Source: Cetorhinus maximus (Eukaryota). Taken from it: 64,000 nucleotides of DNA. The translations under genes and the position numbers were made by a program. How positions within the stretch are numbered: position 1 is the stretch's first letter; each line of letters begins with the position of its first letter. The notes under the pieces were generated by a model that was not told the DNA's origin, did no database searches, and saw only the letters and a list, made by a program, of their open reading frames with translations. Shown here piece by piece: positions 25,787 to 40,700 of the stretch. The stretch covers positions 43,834,001 through 43,898,000 of the forward strand of contig NC_135902.1 in the NCBI RefSeq assembly GCF_964194155.1, given 5' to 3'.

Positions 25787-28700
25787 CTGTACAAAAAAGA
25801 GACAACACAAAAAATGTTTTAAGTGCTATATCCTGGGTACATTTACCATTCAATACACAACGTGTTATAATGAAACAGCGGAGCTCCTATTCTGTTTCAT
25901 TATTTGCAGCTAAGCAACAATGCGCTTTGCAATAATTATATGTTTGTAACTCTAAGAACATCATTTTGGCTTCCTTATCAAGTCAACTAGCTCAATCAGC
26001 AATTATGTGAACTCAACCACCCATCCTCACTCCCCCAAAATCAAAACAGAAAGACAGCTTTCCCAATGTGCTCCCTTTCTGTCCCTGCAGAAACAAGGCT
26101 GAACCCTCCCAGAACAAATCCTTATCCATAAACTACAAAAGGTTTCTTGTTAAGAGTTCAGGTGGACCATATGTTTCAAAGCACATTCATCTATGCACAC
26201 TTTCCACTGTGAATTGGAAGATTAGGTCATCTACTGTTATCACAGTTCACTAATAAAAATATGCAAACCAGAAATCAAACTGATTTGTCATGATTCAGTG
26301 CCATAATTTTTGGAGTAACACAGATCACACAAGTAAATAGATGATAGTGATGTGACAGTCCCTTCTATTAATCATGACAAAACAATGTCATTTCCAGAAA
26401 CTGCAAGCCTTTAAGTACTAACAAGTTTGGATTAGTTCTGGTCAGTCACACAGCTGTCCACCTGACAGAGCAAACTGGATCTAGGGACCATTTTTGGCTC
26501 CAACTGAAATTTCCATTGGCTCAAGGTACTACAAGAGAATAGCTAATCTTTGGAGCCAAAGATTTTGGATTTTGGATTTAATATCGCTCAGCAAATTCGC
26601 ATTAATTTCCCCAACACCCTCTCCTTCATACCAAATCAAAAAAGCAGTGAGTCTTTCTGACAACACAACCAGCCACAAGCTTTGATAAATTAGATTTGCA
26701 GGAGTGGAAGAGAACTCACCCAAAAAATACATTGGAAACAAATATGAAGCATTTGCAATCATTTGTAGTAAAATCAATCACTCAAATATTTGAGTAAAAC
26801 TGCCAACAGTTCACATTATAACACATTCTATCTATCCTGTGTACATCATGAGTACAATACTAACAAGTGAAGAGGGCACTCAAGAGTGCATATCTCTGCC
26901 ACACTGTGTTAACTCAACACTTTTACAATTACGCAGCTTTTCCTTGAGGCTTTTCCCTGCCTGGTTAATGCTCTGTAACTACAAAGATGTAAGAAATCTT
27001 TTTATTAAAAGCTTCTATCTCTCAGAGGAGGCTTCACATCCAACAACCTGCTCTGAAAACTCTGCTCATATTTTGACAGCTGTGACAAATTCCACCTCAG
27101 CTGCTGAGACAATCCACAACATTCTAAATCAAGCAATCCACAACATTCTAAAAATAAGTCTATTTATCCCATCTCCAAGTTAATGAATCCTATTTAAAAA
27201 TTCCAAGATCCAGATCAGAATGCGCATCTTCACCAAAAACGAATCAGCTCTCCCTTGGCCATACCCTGTGTACCAGTTTTTGTTGAAATATGTCCATTAG
27301 TTTTTCAGATATATTGTTTATAGACCAACAGACTAACAAACCGGGGTGAAAACCTTCAGTGGCAGAGGTAATCAGGAATTCCCAATATGGAGATGGTCAT
27401 TCTCATCTCAGGCAACTGACAGGAGAAAGAAGATCCAAATTTAAAACAGACTATCCAAAAGCTCCCCATTACACAGGTACTGGTTGAACGCCTTTCACCA
27501 TCAATAAGTAATAATGCCTTAATAAAATGGATGATATCAACATAGATTCATGCTTGTTTTGTGTTAGAAATCACTTTCATGTTTGTAGCATGCACATTGA
27601 TAGACAATGAAACAAGCTGAATGGTAAAATAGCAGCCAACAGTTCGGAGAACAAACACACTGCAATACAAACGTATTTTCCAAAGCAGTAAATTGAGTTA
27701 ATGAATTTGGAATAGAAATTTATAGGTTTTATACAGTGCGCAACACAAGACAAAGACTATTAACCTTCTGCGGACTATGCAAATATTTTACTCTACAGTT
27801 TTCAGCTGAATCATCAATATTATGATAAAGTAATAATTTTGTGGCTGCTCAAATTTGATTTTCCTTGTTGGCACTCAACACCTGATATCTATTTTTTTTT
27901 TGTATATGACACTGGATAAAAAACGTGTAATTTGAAAGCTACTTAAAAATTCAGTCCTCAAAGAATATGGCGCATTCAATCTTAGTCAAATATTAAAGTC
28001 ACAATGTCTTCAACTGTGGTAGCCAAAGGAAGGGAGAAAAATTGCCTCTTGCATCTGGGCTGCCTAAACCTCCAGTAACTTCTAAAATACGAGTAAATAG
28101 TTGATTGCAAGTCAATCTTGCTGTATTCTGATGATTATTCACAGCTTCAGCTAGACAGCTCAATTGATGCACACTAAAGTAGAACACTCACAAACCACAG
28201 AAAAATATCAACTGGGTAACAAGGGAAATATAGGTAAATTACAAATTCAGGCAACTATAAAACCAGTGCATTTGAATTGAGCAGAGCATCAGAGCCTCCA
28301 TAAGATAAACTTTAGCCCCAACGTGTTCATGGTTAACTTTTAGATTAATTTTTTTCGGTTTGTGTTACATGGCAAAAATGAACTGTTATACTGTATTTAA
28401 AATCCATGACACTTTTGTTTCCTAACTCTAGATTGTGCTAACATTAATCGAATCAGGAGTTTGGATAAGACATTTGCACTTCTTTGTCCAATTTGGAGTA
28501 ACTTCCATTTCGAATTTGATGCAGGTTTGGTTAATCACAAAACTTGCACAACCAACCAAAGGATTAGGAAGAGATTTTAAAAATTAGGTTTCTTGCCAGT
28601 CTCATTTCCTCATACAATAGGAAATGCTGGAATCACTTTCCTTTCCAACTCTTCAAAATACATGATAGAAACCAAGATAAAGAAAAATGGTATATAAAGG

Positions 28701-31700
28701 TTTCAAAGTTAGAAAATGACTAAAAAGACATTAGGGAAAAAAAATACAAGTTTAATTTAGAAAATAGAAATCGCACAAAGTATATAAAAGAAGTGGGAAT
28801 GGGGGTGGAGACAATAGGGCAAGCAGAGTTTTTTTTAAAATCTTACAATATTTAACTTAAGTTAGCAGCTTAGGATCAATACTATAATAAGGGAGTGTAG
28901 TCCAGACATTTTAAATATTGCGGTTTCAGCTGAAAATTCAATGCCAGTCTACTAGAGAAACAGGAAGCTCTGAGCTTAAAAAAAAACAATGTGAAGCTCA
29001 TATTATTGTTGGGCTACTTGGAAGAGATGAGATTTCTTATCTATGTTTAGAGAGAATTCAAAGAATTGAGCTGGTTCAAAGTAAGATTTGGTTTTAGCAA
29101 AGTTAGTCTTAAATAGCCTTGAATGTAGCTTCACACAACCACTAAGCACTCACTCACCACAGATACACTGGTATTGATTGTTACCGGATCATAATACTGT
29201 CTACTGTGTATTGTTATTCAAGCTGCAATGAAATACCCAGTGACGCTTCATCAAGAAGGTTGCAGCTGTGACAGTTCAATGTATCAACTGAAACTGAATT
29301 TACAGAAAGTAGTTAAATTAAATCACTCAAGTAAAAATTACATTTTGTAAAATAAGTGTCATATTGTAAGAATATGTAGTGCAGTACCAACAATAAAGAT
29401 AAAATACACGGTACCAATTTAACAATCAAGATTGTCCACTGTCTTAGTATGTGGAACGAGGGAAGAGCCCAGGGGTGTTTTGTCAATATAATGCACTTGT
29501 TCTGCTGAATCAGTGTTTGGCATGTGCAGAAAAAGGTGTGCCACTTTTCAGAATATCATTGTACTTAATTATCAGTATCTGTGTATGGCAATGTACATTA
29601 CAAAAGAGCAGTATGAATGGATTTTATTCATCATTACTATAAAGTTTAAGTAGTATACTCTATGCAGCAAAGCTGGAGTGTCCTCTCCAGGGCACATGCA
29701 TGGGCAAAATGTGAAGGCCCTGGGTTTCCCACAGGTCAAGGCCCCCCTCTTGACCTTCCTGACTGGATCCAAAGCACCAGCTTGGGACACACAACATAGC
29801 AGTGCCAAACAAGTCAATGTGATGCATCAAGCATGTGGGTCAAGAGAGTTGGCGCTTTTGTTTGCTAGTTTTCTTTTCATTTTCAGCATACACCACTGCC
29901 TAGCAGCAATGCAAAAAGATGAGCCTAAAGCACAAGCCTCTCCCTGTGAATACACATCCTCTCCATCTGCAAGTTCTCTACTGTGCCTCCTCATGGTGAC
30001 ATACAGAAATTGGGTCCCTTGTGGCCGCAGGCTAAAGCTTCTGAGGAGCCGTGGCCCCCAGACATGTACTCATGAACCAAACTCCCAGCTATGTGAATAG
30101 CTCTGCAGCCTTGTGGACACCTTGGGAGAGTTGAAGGCGAAGGGAGTTGGAGTCCAAAGACAGACTGATGTCTAAATATGTCATCTTTCCTGCAACCAAG
30201 CCATTAGGATGAACACTGACTTGGCTTTCCAACAAGAGACAAGCCTTGCCGAGAGTGGATCACTGAAAGGAGAAACATTACACATTCATCTGCCAGGGTA
30301 AGAGTGGAGAGGAAACGCATGAGCAGAGTGAAGGCTTCACTGTAAGGAACTTGCAGAACCCTCCGTAAATCATTCAGAACGTGTTCTCTCCAATCTCTTA
30401 CGACTCTCTCAACAGCATTCTCAACATATGCAACTACCACAGCACCAACTGTAACAGATCACTTCCTAGTGTCCCAGGGTTAGCATGCGTTCAAAGCAGA
30501 AAAACCGTCTTCGTGTCAACGTCTGCCATACTGTCTACGCAGATAAGAACCAACAGTACCTCGACTCGTTGAACAGTTTTCCCCCACATACAGTGCAGAA
30601 GTAAAATGGAACACACTTCAAGACACCATTTACAATATTGCACTCTCAACATATGGAAAGCAAGAGCGGGAAGTGTTGACTAGTTCGAGACTAACATCGC
30701 TGTGATGAAACCTGTTATTGCAACTAAGTGATCAAATCTCATTCAGTACAAGAGGGATTTGCGTAAGAGGCTCTGAATGCATTATGAGCTGCTCAAAGTA
30801 AAGTCCAACAGTCTGCTGGGCGTGCAGACTGGTTAAAACCTTGACAGATTATCCAGATGTCTTTCAACACAAGGAATGCTAGGGGTATGTACAATGGGAT
30901 CAAAAGAGGCAACAGGTCCATCAAAGAAACCGGCTCCAATGAAAACAAAGGCAGGGAGGTCATCACTGACTGCAATAAACAGTTGGAGAGATGGATGGAA
31001 CATGACCTTTAATTATACCCTAGACAGAACAGTGTAACTGAGAAAGATCCTGTCATGGCATAGCTGGATACTGAATCCACAGTGAAGGAATTTAGCAAAG
31101 CTATTGACTCATTTGCCATTGGCAAAGCTCCAGGTGCAGATACTATACCCACCTGAACTCATCAAGCACACAAAACCAGCACTCCTGCAGCATCCGCACA
31201 AACTTCTCTGTCAGTGCTGGAAAGAGGGGGCAATGCCTCAGGATATGCATGACGCAAAGACTATGATCCTGTACAAGACCAAGGGAGATCACAGTGATTG
31301 CAACAACTATTGAAGCATCTCCCAGCTGAGCAGCGTGGGAAAAATATTTGCCCTGGCCAGACTCCAGGTCTTGGCTGAACCCAAATATCCCGAATCTCAG
31401 TGTGGTTTCAGAACTGGAAGATCTATAATTGACATGAGCTTCAGTCCGGCAGCTGCAACAGAAATGCCATGAACAAAGAAGGCCACTATATATTATCTTC
31501 ATCGATCTCACCAAGGCATTCAACCAGATGAGCACAGATGGTGTATTTAAGCTGCTGCAGTAATTGGCTACCCCTGAAGCTGCTGAGTGTGATCTCCTCT
31601 TTCCATGAGGACATAATGGACAAGGTCAGCTATGACAGAGCAAGATTGGAACCCTTTGAGATCCGTAGTGGGGTCAACAGGGTTGTATTCTGGTTGTATT

Positions 31701-34700
31701 CTGCCACCAACAATCTTTGACATATTCTTCTCTTTGAACTGAAGGAATATGAAAGCTTCATCAAGAGAGCATGTCTACTTGCATACCAGAGCTGATAGAA
31801 AGCTGTTCAACCTTACCCGGCTGGGATCCAAGACAAAAATGCCTCAAGTCCTCAAACAGCTGCTCTATGCTGATGATGCCACACTCATTCCAGACTGGGG
31901 AACACCTTCAGCAGAAAACAGACAGGCTTTCTCACACCTGCAAAGAGTATGGTTTGCCCATTAACCTCAGAAAGACAAGTGTCATGGTTCAGGATGTTGC
32001 TTTACTGCCATTAATCAGCATTGACAAGATGACACTGGAAGTTGTTTTACATATCTCGGCTCTACAATCACCAGCAATCTGTCACTTGATGCTGAAATCA
32101 ACACACGCGTTGCAAAAGGTACAGCTGTTTTGTCCAAGCTGAGTAAGAGTGTGGAACAACAGCAACCTGAGAACATCAAACTGCGTGTCAACCAAGCCTG
32201 CATCCTCAGTGCACTCCTCTACAGTAGTGCATTGCTAACAGGAAAAACAGCTGAACAGTTTCCATCTTTGCTGTTTCTGACAAATCCTCAATGTCTCTTG
32301 GCAGGACAACATCAGCTCAGAGATCCTGGAGCATGTTAATTCCATCAGCATGCACTTATTGCTAAGCCAAGACATCTGGGCTGGTCCGGCCATTTTCATC
32401 AGATGGACGACGGCCATGTACCCGAAGACTTTCTGTAAGGTGAACTGGGCACAGAGTCACAATCTGCTGGATGTTCATACCTCTGTTTTAAGGACACCTG
32501 CAAGCAAGATATTAAGATGGCTGATGTTTAACACTGACAACTAGGACACACTTGTTGTCAGCCATGACCTCTACAGGCTGACTATTTGGTAGGGCATTGG
32601 AAGAGGCGAGGCGAAATGGAAAGCTCTGCTGGTCAAGAAAAGGGCCCAGGGGAAAACCAAGACCAGCAAATCCTGCACCTTCTCAGCAAAGTGCCTTGAT
32701 CTGCAGCAAATGTGGCAGAGACTGCCATGACAGAGTGGGGTTCCTGAGCTCCACGTTTAACACAGAGTTGACCACCATCTTCTCATGAGAAGGAAGGCTG
32801 CCAAAGATGTAACCATAAATAATAAGCAATGCTAATTTGTCAGAATTCCACGGCCAGGGTTTTTCAGTCGTCAGGTGGGCTCAGTGGGAGCAGTCGCGGA
32901 GCCAACCGTGATTGGCTCCGCACCGCGATTTCACATGGACGGACCAACTAAAGCCCCCCTGTGTGGATCGCAAGCAGTAACGCTACCTGTGCGGGCAGGG
33001 GTAGGAGGGAGGAGGAAGAGCAGGCCTAGCGCACAGTTCACTCATGTGCGCAAAAGAGCGCTTCAATCTCCCTGAGGCACAGAGCTGCCTCAGGGAGTTT
33101 GAAGCGCTTTTTAAAAAAATATATAAGGACATTAAAAATTTAATGAAACATGTCCCCACTTATGACTGTGTCACATGAGATGGGACAAGTTTTTATTTTC
33201 AAAATAAAGTTTTTATTTCATCAGTATTAGCTTTAGGAAACCTCATCCCGCTCGTGGATGAGGTTTCCTAAAAAACATAAAGGCCGACTCAGGCATGCAT
33301 GCGCCGAACGAAATATCACACCAGTTCGCAATGACGTCAGGATGCACACCTGACGTTATCGTGCGTCATTTTACATTCCGGCGTGTCGGGCACACACGCA
33401 CGTTGAATGTAAAATTCTGCCCCACCTTGCTATCGTTTTATGAAGAAAAAACAGGTCAATGTACTAAATGCAAACAAACTTCAATGAGGTAGGTAAGCCT
33501 ATTTTGTAAAAGCTAAAAGATTTAGACACTTTAAAAAAAAAGTACTAAGAGTTATATTTTAAATCAAGTCTATATATACACACATCACAGTAATATGAAA
33601 AGAAATAAAGTAATTACACTGACCTGATTCTTAACTTCATTTCCCTGAACAGATGATTTAGGCTTTCGTGAACTCGCCATGCTAAGTGGCAACAAACCAA
33701 ATCTGGAAACAAAGATTCACAAGATTGATGCCATGTACAGATTAGTTAACCACTACTGACAAATTATTATGGATCCGAGCAAGTGAGAAAATTATCTACA
33801 TAAACATAATAAAATGCAATACGTTGGCTGAATTGCTGAGCATTGTCAAAGCAGAAACTGGAATTTGCTTATTGCATCAGCTGCACACACGCCTTCACTT
33901 TTTACCAGGGCCAGTTGGCAAGCCGGCACACAGGGGATTGAACTTCTCACCAAACACACACATTGTAAACTAAGCTGTTACTATAAACCCAGGTGGTCTA
34001 CATGTACTTGAACATTAGCAGCATTACTCAGCCAAATTAGCATTTTTCCTTCACTATCTTACTGAGCCACTTAAAAAAGAATACTTTTCTGGTGTGTTGG
34101 GAAGATTTGATTTGAGAACTTCAGTCTGCATGATAAACAAGCAATGCAATGCTTGTAAGGTGCTGAAACAGAATTACTGTGTTGGCTGATGTATTTCAAA
34201 CTTAGTGGGTTTCAGGAAGGATTCTAATCAACAAATGATATTTAGGATTATAAGAAATAGACCAAGGAAATATTGTGGCTATAAGGTCAGATGGACTGAA
34301 GAGCTCCATCTGCCGGAAAATTTTAAAAATTGGGGTGGGGGGCAGGTGTCCAAACAAGCAAATTAAATTTAGTACAAGATCTTGCATTTATATAGCACCT
34401 TTAATGTTGTAAAACATCCAAGGCCCTTCATAGGAAATGTTATCAAAGAACATTTGATGAGCAATCCTTTAGGATGGAGGTCTTCTGGTTTCCATAATTG
34501 TTAAATTCCTATTATCAGAGCAAAATTATTTTGGTATATAGAGCTATGTAGTCTCATCTGTTTGCCATTTGAATAGAAAACAGACCAACAGTATCTAATG
34601 ATCAAGCTTGGTCTGTATTGCAATTCTTATCAGACCACATCAACATGCACACAAGTTTACTGTTTGCTGCTGCAGGAATGCAACGAAATTCATTTACCGG

Positions 34701-37700
34701 ATCTGACTAGAAGCCAGTGGCAAGATGTTATGAGGTTCTTGTGAATTAAAAGGTCCACTTCTGCTGGTGTATTGTTTCTCTGTGCCTGTTAATAACCCAA
34801 ATAGTACCTAAAGGACAGAATTATGTATATTTACAGTGTCTTTTCTACATAAATGCAACATTTTCCTATCAGACACTAGGGGCTGCTGAAAAATTCTGGC
34901 TCAAAGCCCTGCTTTGGCACATTTTACATTTCAAAGCCTGACGTGGCTGAAGACCATGGCCTTTCAATTCTGGGAAAACACTTTCAGCCAATGAAAGATA
35001 ATTTTTGGAATTAGGGATTTAAAGAGCAAGACTTTAGATTTAAGGCACTGAAGGATAGGGAACCAACTTATATCATTAAGCATAGGCTGATGTATGAGCA
35101 AGATTGATACAGTATAAGGTACAGATATGTTTTAGAGATATTTTAAAATTTAGTATGGTTATCAATACAGTAATGAGGCGAAAGCTAACACTTAAAAGTT
35201 AATCAGGCAATGGTAAATATACTGCAAAGCTTGCAAAGAGCTAAATGAGCAATTAAACTTCTTTTCACTTAATGGAAAGTATATATATATATTTCTAGTA
35301 AAATATGTATTTTATTTCTACTTATCTGTACTGCAAATCATGGGGAAAGCGTAAAAGCAGACAACCTTAGCTACCTATATAATATAGACAATGCTGTGGC
35401 TCTGTAACCAGCCAAAAGCAAGCTACAGTAATACTCCACCCTTACATCAGCTCATCAACTCAGTTTCATTAAGTATTGGCCCAATATTCTAGCCGAGGTT
35501 GCAACTTGAAAAACATGAGACAAATTTGTTTTGAATATGGCTGCTGTACTCACTGAAGTTCTTTGAGAAAGTTTGTTTAGATTGTTGTTGAGGTGTGGAG
35601 TAAAAACATCCAAATCAAATGGATCAATATGACTTTCCAAAGCATCTGCCACATTCTGAACCCTGTTCAAAAAACACAGAAGAATATCAACGTTAACATT
35701 TGGATCTCTGATATCAGGAGTATAAAAAATATATAAAATTGAATAACTTTGCTATTTAACAGAAGTTCCGTACCTCGGGTCCTGCTGGATCCTGCTGCTT
35801 TTTACCTCTTCATTTCTGGCCGTTAAAATTGAACCAAGGTATCTAAGATCAAAAAGTAGCTGCAGAGCTCTATTCTGGGTTAAAGGGAACGCAGAATCAA
35901 TCTGAAGCAGAACACAAATTGAATAACATCAAAACGTTAGTGTCACATTTAGCAATTATGTTCCAAAGAAGCTAGTTCAGTAATCTTTCATTCTAAGATG
36001 TTTGTAAGTCAGAAAGAAAACAGTTTTTGAATGAAGGACTTCTAATCCTTAGGTACAGTGGATCTTACTTAAAACTCCACAATCACACCTTGTTGTTGAA
36101 AGTAGCAGGGTATAACCACAGGAAGCTATCAGCAAATTCTGCTATCATGGTAGCCATAGTGACAGACAGCCTGTCTCTTGTGAACAACTCAGCATACGCA
36201 TGAAAAAGGAACCAACTTTGGCGAACAAAAAAAAAAGCCATGAACAACAAATTTATAACTGAAGGTTATCAGGACACAATTTTATCCTTCTAGTAATGTA
36301 ATTTTGACAAAGATAATTCAGCTGGTTACCTGCCTATCTCTTGAATGAGAAATAATTTGAAGCAATGAGGATCTAACTCAGTAGATAAAACAAGCTGCAA
36401 TGAAAGAAAAACAAACAAAGCCACAAGTTCTCTCCTGGCCCATACAAAGTGCATTGTTGACTTTAGCATCTTCCAAATACTGAGATCAGATTGTAATTGG
36501 AGAGAGTGAGGAAAGTACTGCCAATGTAAGCAGGATCTGCAAGTGTAATCAGGAACTAGTAATTTGAATGGCAATCATCTGACTGTAAATCAAATAAAAA
36601 GGGATTATTCGGGGTTAAAAAGTTCTTCAAAAGTTTGTGGTATTTACACAAGTAATTTTCTTGAAGAAACAGATGCAAAAAGTCAAAGCAGCTATTTGAG
36701 ACAAGTGCTTTGGGGAAGGTACAAAATTGCTGTTGCCTCCCACCATAATAAGAAGGGTTGCAGTAATCTCCTGAAATACTGAAAGAAAAAACAGTTAAAT
36801 TATTTGCTTGTTTACTCTTTTTACATTTCAGTGTGAATTTCATTTGTCACTTCTCATACTTAGATGAAATATTTTAAAGGATTTTCTGGTGTTTGAAGAG
36901 CTGTAGACCAGTTTGGACTGCATGTTAAAATGGAGTCAGTTCCAACTTTTGTGAGATTACAGCTCTGGTTACTTATTTTCGCAGCAGTAGGTCTGGAGAA
37001 TCAGAGGTCAAAAACTTTAACCACCAGATCTCTTCAGAACACTTTTGAGCATGATCCATGCACTATTGAGGCCTGCGATGCACTAGACACATTTAGAAGG
37101 AATGAAACAAGCCATCTATAAGAACTTTAAGGTATTCAGATTTTTTTGTCAGAGATTATATACATCATAAAAATTGGGGATTAGAAGGCTGGCATTTTAA
37201 GGCATTTACATTATCATAATATTTTCATCTTTTGATGCAGTAAGTTTCTGAAAATAATACTTGTGAATTTCTGGTGAGTTGCTCCCACTCCACTGATGTA
37301 ACTTTACTGGAAGTTATGCTAGTAGAAAAGCGGTCAAAAAGCTTCAGCCTTCATCCCAATCTCTTACTTTTGAATTTAATGACACAGTAAAGAGAATGAT
37401 CTTCTGCATGGATGCATGAGCTGCATAGTGAATTAGTAACACATACGAGACTTAATATACACCATAAACTCAAAGCTGGCTGCTTAATTTCTGTATTGTT
37501 TTCAATAATTTTATTTTTGCTTCATGAAAACAATGTTTTTATTTAAAGAGTTACAGTTGCCATCAGCAACTAACCAAATATAAAAGACGTTGCAAGTTGA
37601 GGTGAGTTGCTCTCACCATTGTGAACATGGTCTGGTTTAGATAATAATGGTAACACATACAGTTTCCTAGGCAACACGAGACAGAAGCAAAATAAATTCC

Positions 37701-40700
37701 ACTATCCCACTGAAATTAAAGATACCCTGTCATAATTTTCTATACATTATCCAGTCAATTAATGTAGATTTGTTTATCTCCTAATAGTAAAAGTGAAAGA
37801 CAATTCTTCACGAGTAAACAAACTGATCAACTGAATAGAATAAAGAGCAAAGGATGACTAGAGAGGAATTACAGACAGTGACGCATACCTGACTCCAATG
37901 AGACTTGCAATTGTTAATTTTTCGAAGTGCAATTCATGTCTCAGGATTTTCTCTGCATACTTTGTATAGTTATGTTGCAGCTACAGTACTAGTTAGAGCC
38001 ACACCAATGTGGCCTGACAAGTTTTTTTTTTATATACGTACCTTATCTTGTTTTACAGAGCATAATGTTTCATAACCAGTAAGCACCTCATCCAAACAAG
38101 TCTTCAACAACTCCTGAAGTGTGACCTTAGGAAGAGCATGACCACCAACCCGGTTTACTTCTTGACAAAAGTTAAAAAGCAGTGACTGGACGTACCAAGA
38201 TGGCTATCAAAAGAAAAATCAAAGACACAAAACAAATTGAGTGCTAGAATAATAATTGAATGTTCTTGAAAAATTAATTTACTTAAGATAAACAATAGCT
38301 CAATTGGTTTAGTAATTATAAAACAATTAATGCTAACTGCTAAAGCAACTTTGAATTTTCTCAATTATATAGTGAAATCTTCCTATTGGTATCTCTTTTA
38401 CAAAAAAAGGAACTATGGTCTCTGACAGGCTGCTTATAATAGCCTTTCAAACTACACTTTCAGAAAACTATTTTTACAGAGAGCAGGTTGCTATCATTCA
38501 AGAAGCTGACTCAGAGAAGTTACTGAGGTTGACAAGAGGAAGCTGAGTGAACTTCAACAATGATAGTTTGATCTGAAGTGCCTCAGAATATCTTCATACC
38601 AACCATGAATATCAATTCAGCTCCTTCAGTTGGGCTCCGCAACACTTGGAAATCTCATTAAAACATCAGCAGTATTTATGAAACATGGTATTCCGAAAAC
38701 ATGGATAATTGTCAAAGATATCACAGTTCTTTTATACAATTTGATTTTTTTTTCAATAGATTCTGATAAAGGGATTGAATGGCACTGTGGATTAGGACAT
38801 ATTTTTGCACCTCCAGCAGCTGGAGGCAAATCCACCAAGACTGAAAAGTTATCTACATCAATGACCTGGATACAACCAGGTGGTGCACTGGAATTGCTCA
38901 GAAATTACAAAATGAATTGAACAAAAATGTTCAAATAGGCAAAAAAAAATCTCTTAACGTAGTCAATTATAGAATGATGCACATAGGAAGAAAAAAACAG
39001 CAATATCACATCAATGGTGTTGAAATAGGTACGGATGAAATGGAAGAAACCCTAGCAGTCTTAACAGACTTGGCATTAACCATGTCCTATCTATATGGAA
39101 CAGCAATCAAAGTCAAAAGAATGTTGACCTTCGGAGCCAAAATAATAGATTGAACCTTGAATATTTCTGGTTCCCAAGAAACTAGCAAGAGATTCAAGGA
39201 CTGGAGGCAATGAAGAGAAGGGTCACAAGGCTGATCCAAAGTAACTGTGGTCAGATTAGAGGGCAGGACTTGTACTTTTCAGCTCGTCAAAGAAGCGTCT
39301 ATGAGGTGATCTTAGAGGTAGTAAGATTGTTATGAATATAGAGAAAGTTAACCCAGAATATTACTTTAAATTATACTCTGGCTGCTGACCTCAAAAAAAC
39401 TACCCACAAAGATCTAGCAATCTCTGCAGAGATCCCAAAGGCAGCTTGAATCTCCATGGGGTTCTCCAGGCACCCAGCAGCAGTGATGTCAGCATGCAGT
39501 AGACAGTCAATCACACACAAGTATTCTCACATACAGACAACTAGGAAGTTAAAAGCACTTATTATCCTTCACTTTTAATTTACATTTTCAGATAGTGAAA
39601 TGAATTATGACTGGATTAAGATAGAAACTGAAATATTATAAACCAACTTTGAAAAAAGAACGTGAAATGTTGTCATCATTGAGAAATGAGATATTTCATA
39701 AATATAAAATAAAAAAATCAGCTTTTCCAAACCAGTGGGCATTTACAGCAATAATTATGAACTTGATAATACATTAGAAACCCAGTTACATCTCATTCAA
39801 GAGGTGTAAATTTTTCAGGGTTTTCATAGCAAGGCTAACAGCGTAAAAAGTGCAGTATTTCATCAATTCACTGACTGTTTTGGGATTGCAGTCTGGAGGA
39901 ACCTCAAAAGTGCACTCTGGAAAAGTGTAGGACAACTGTCGGCTCCTTCTAAATTTCTGCGATAATCTTTGCACATACGGACATGTTGGAAAAGCTTCCC
40001 CACATATGGAAGCATTGTTAACCTCTTGAACAGACTTGGACATTATAGAGTCACACTTGGACAAGGGAACAAAAGAATATATGTTCACGTGTCCATCTCT
40101 TCTTTTCCTACTCTGACTACTTAATAAAAATCACACCAGTACTGATCAGGTCTCACAGGAGGAAGAAAAAAGCCTGGCTAGATAGAATTGTTGCTCTTCA
40201 GTAAGGCATATTGAGCAAGTTTAAAAATTCATGTAATATACACTTTAAAAAAAAATTCTCATTTTTGGCCTACCTTAATCACATCAGGGCCCTATTTCCT
40301 CCAAGCATTTCAAACATGCAAAAGAAGCCTTCCAAAAATGGAGTTCCCATTCCATTATCATCATCAGAGTGAAAGTTTCAGTAGTAGTAGTATTGTAATT
40401 ATATGTACAATTTTACATTTCAATTCTGTATTGTATATAGTCAGGGTTTATGTTCTTGCCACATGATCTAGATTAGATTACCGACATCTGTGGTTTCACA
40501 TTACTATGAGCACTACTCTTACTGCTTCAAATAGCCCAGCAAATTCCAGCAGCAGTCAAGTAACAGTTGTACTTTACTATAAATAACAGTAGAAATAATT
40601 ATGCACACGTGAACTAATGAATGTTCCAAACCTCTTAGAGCCATAGAAAGGTTATGGTGCAGAAAGAGGCCATTCAGCCCACTGTGTCTGTGTCGGCCAA

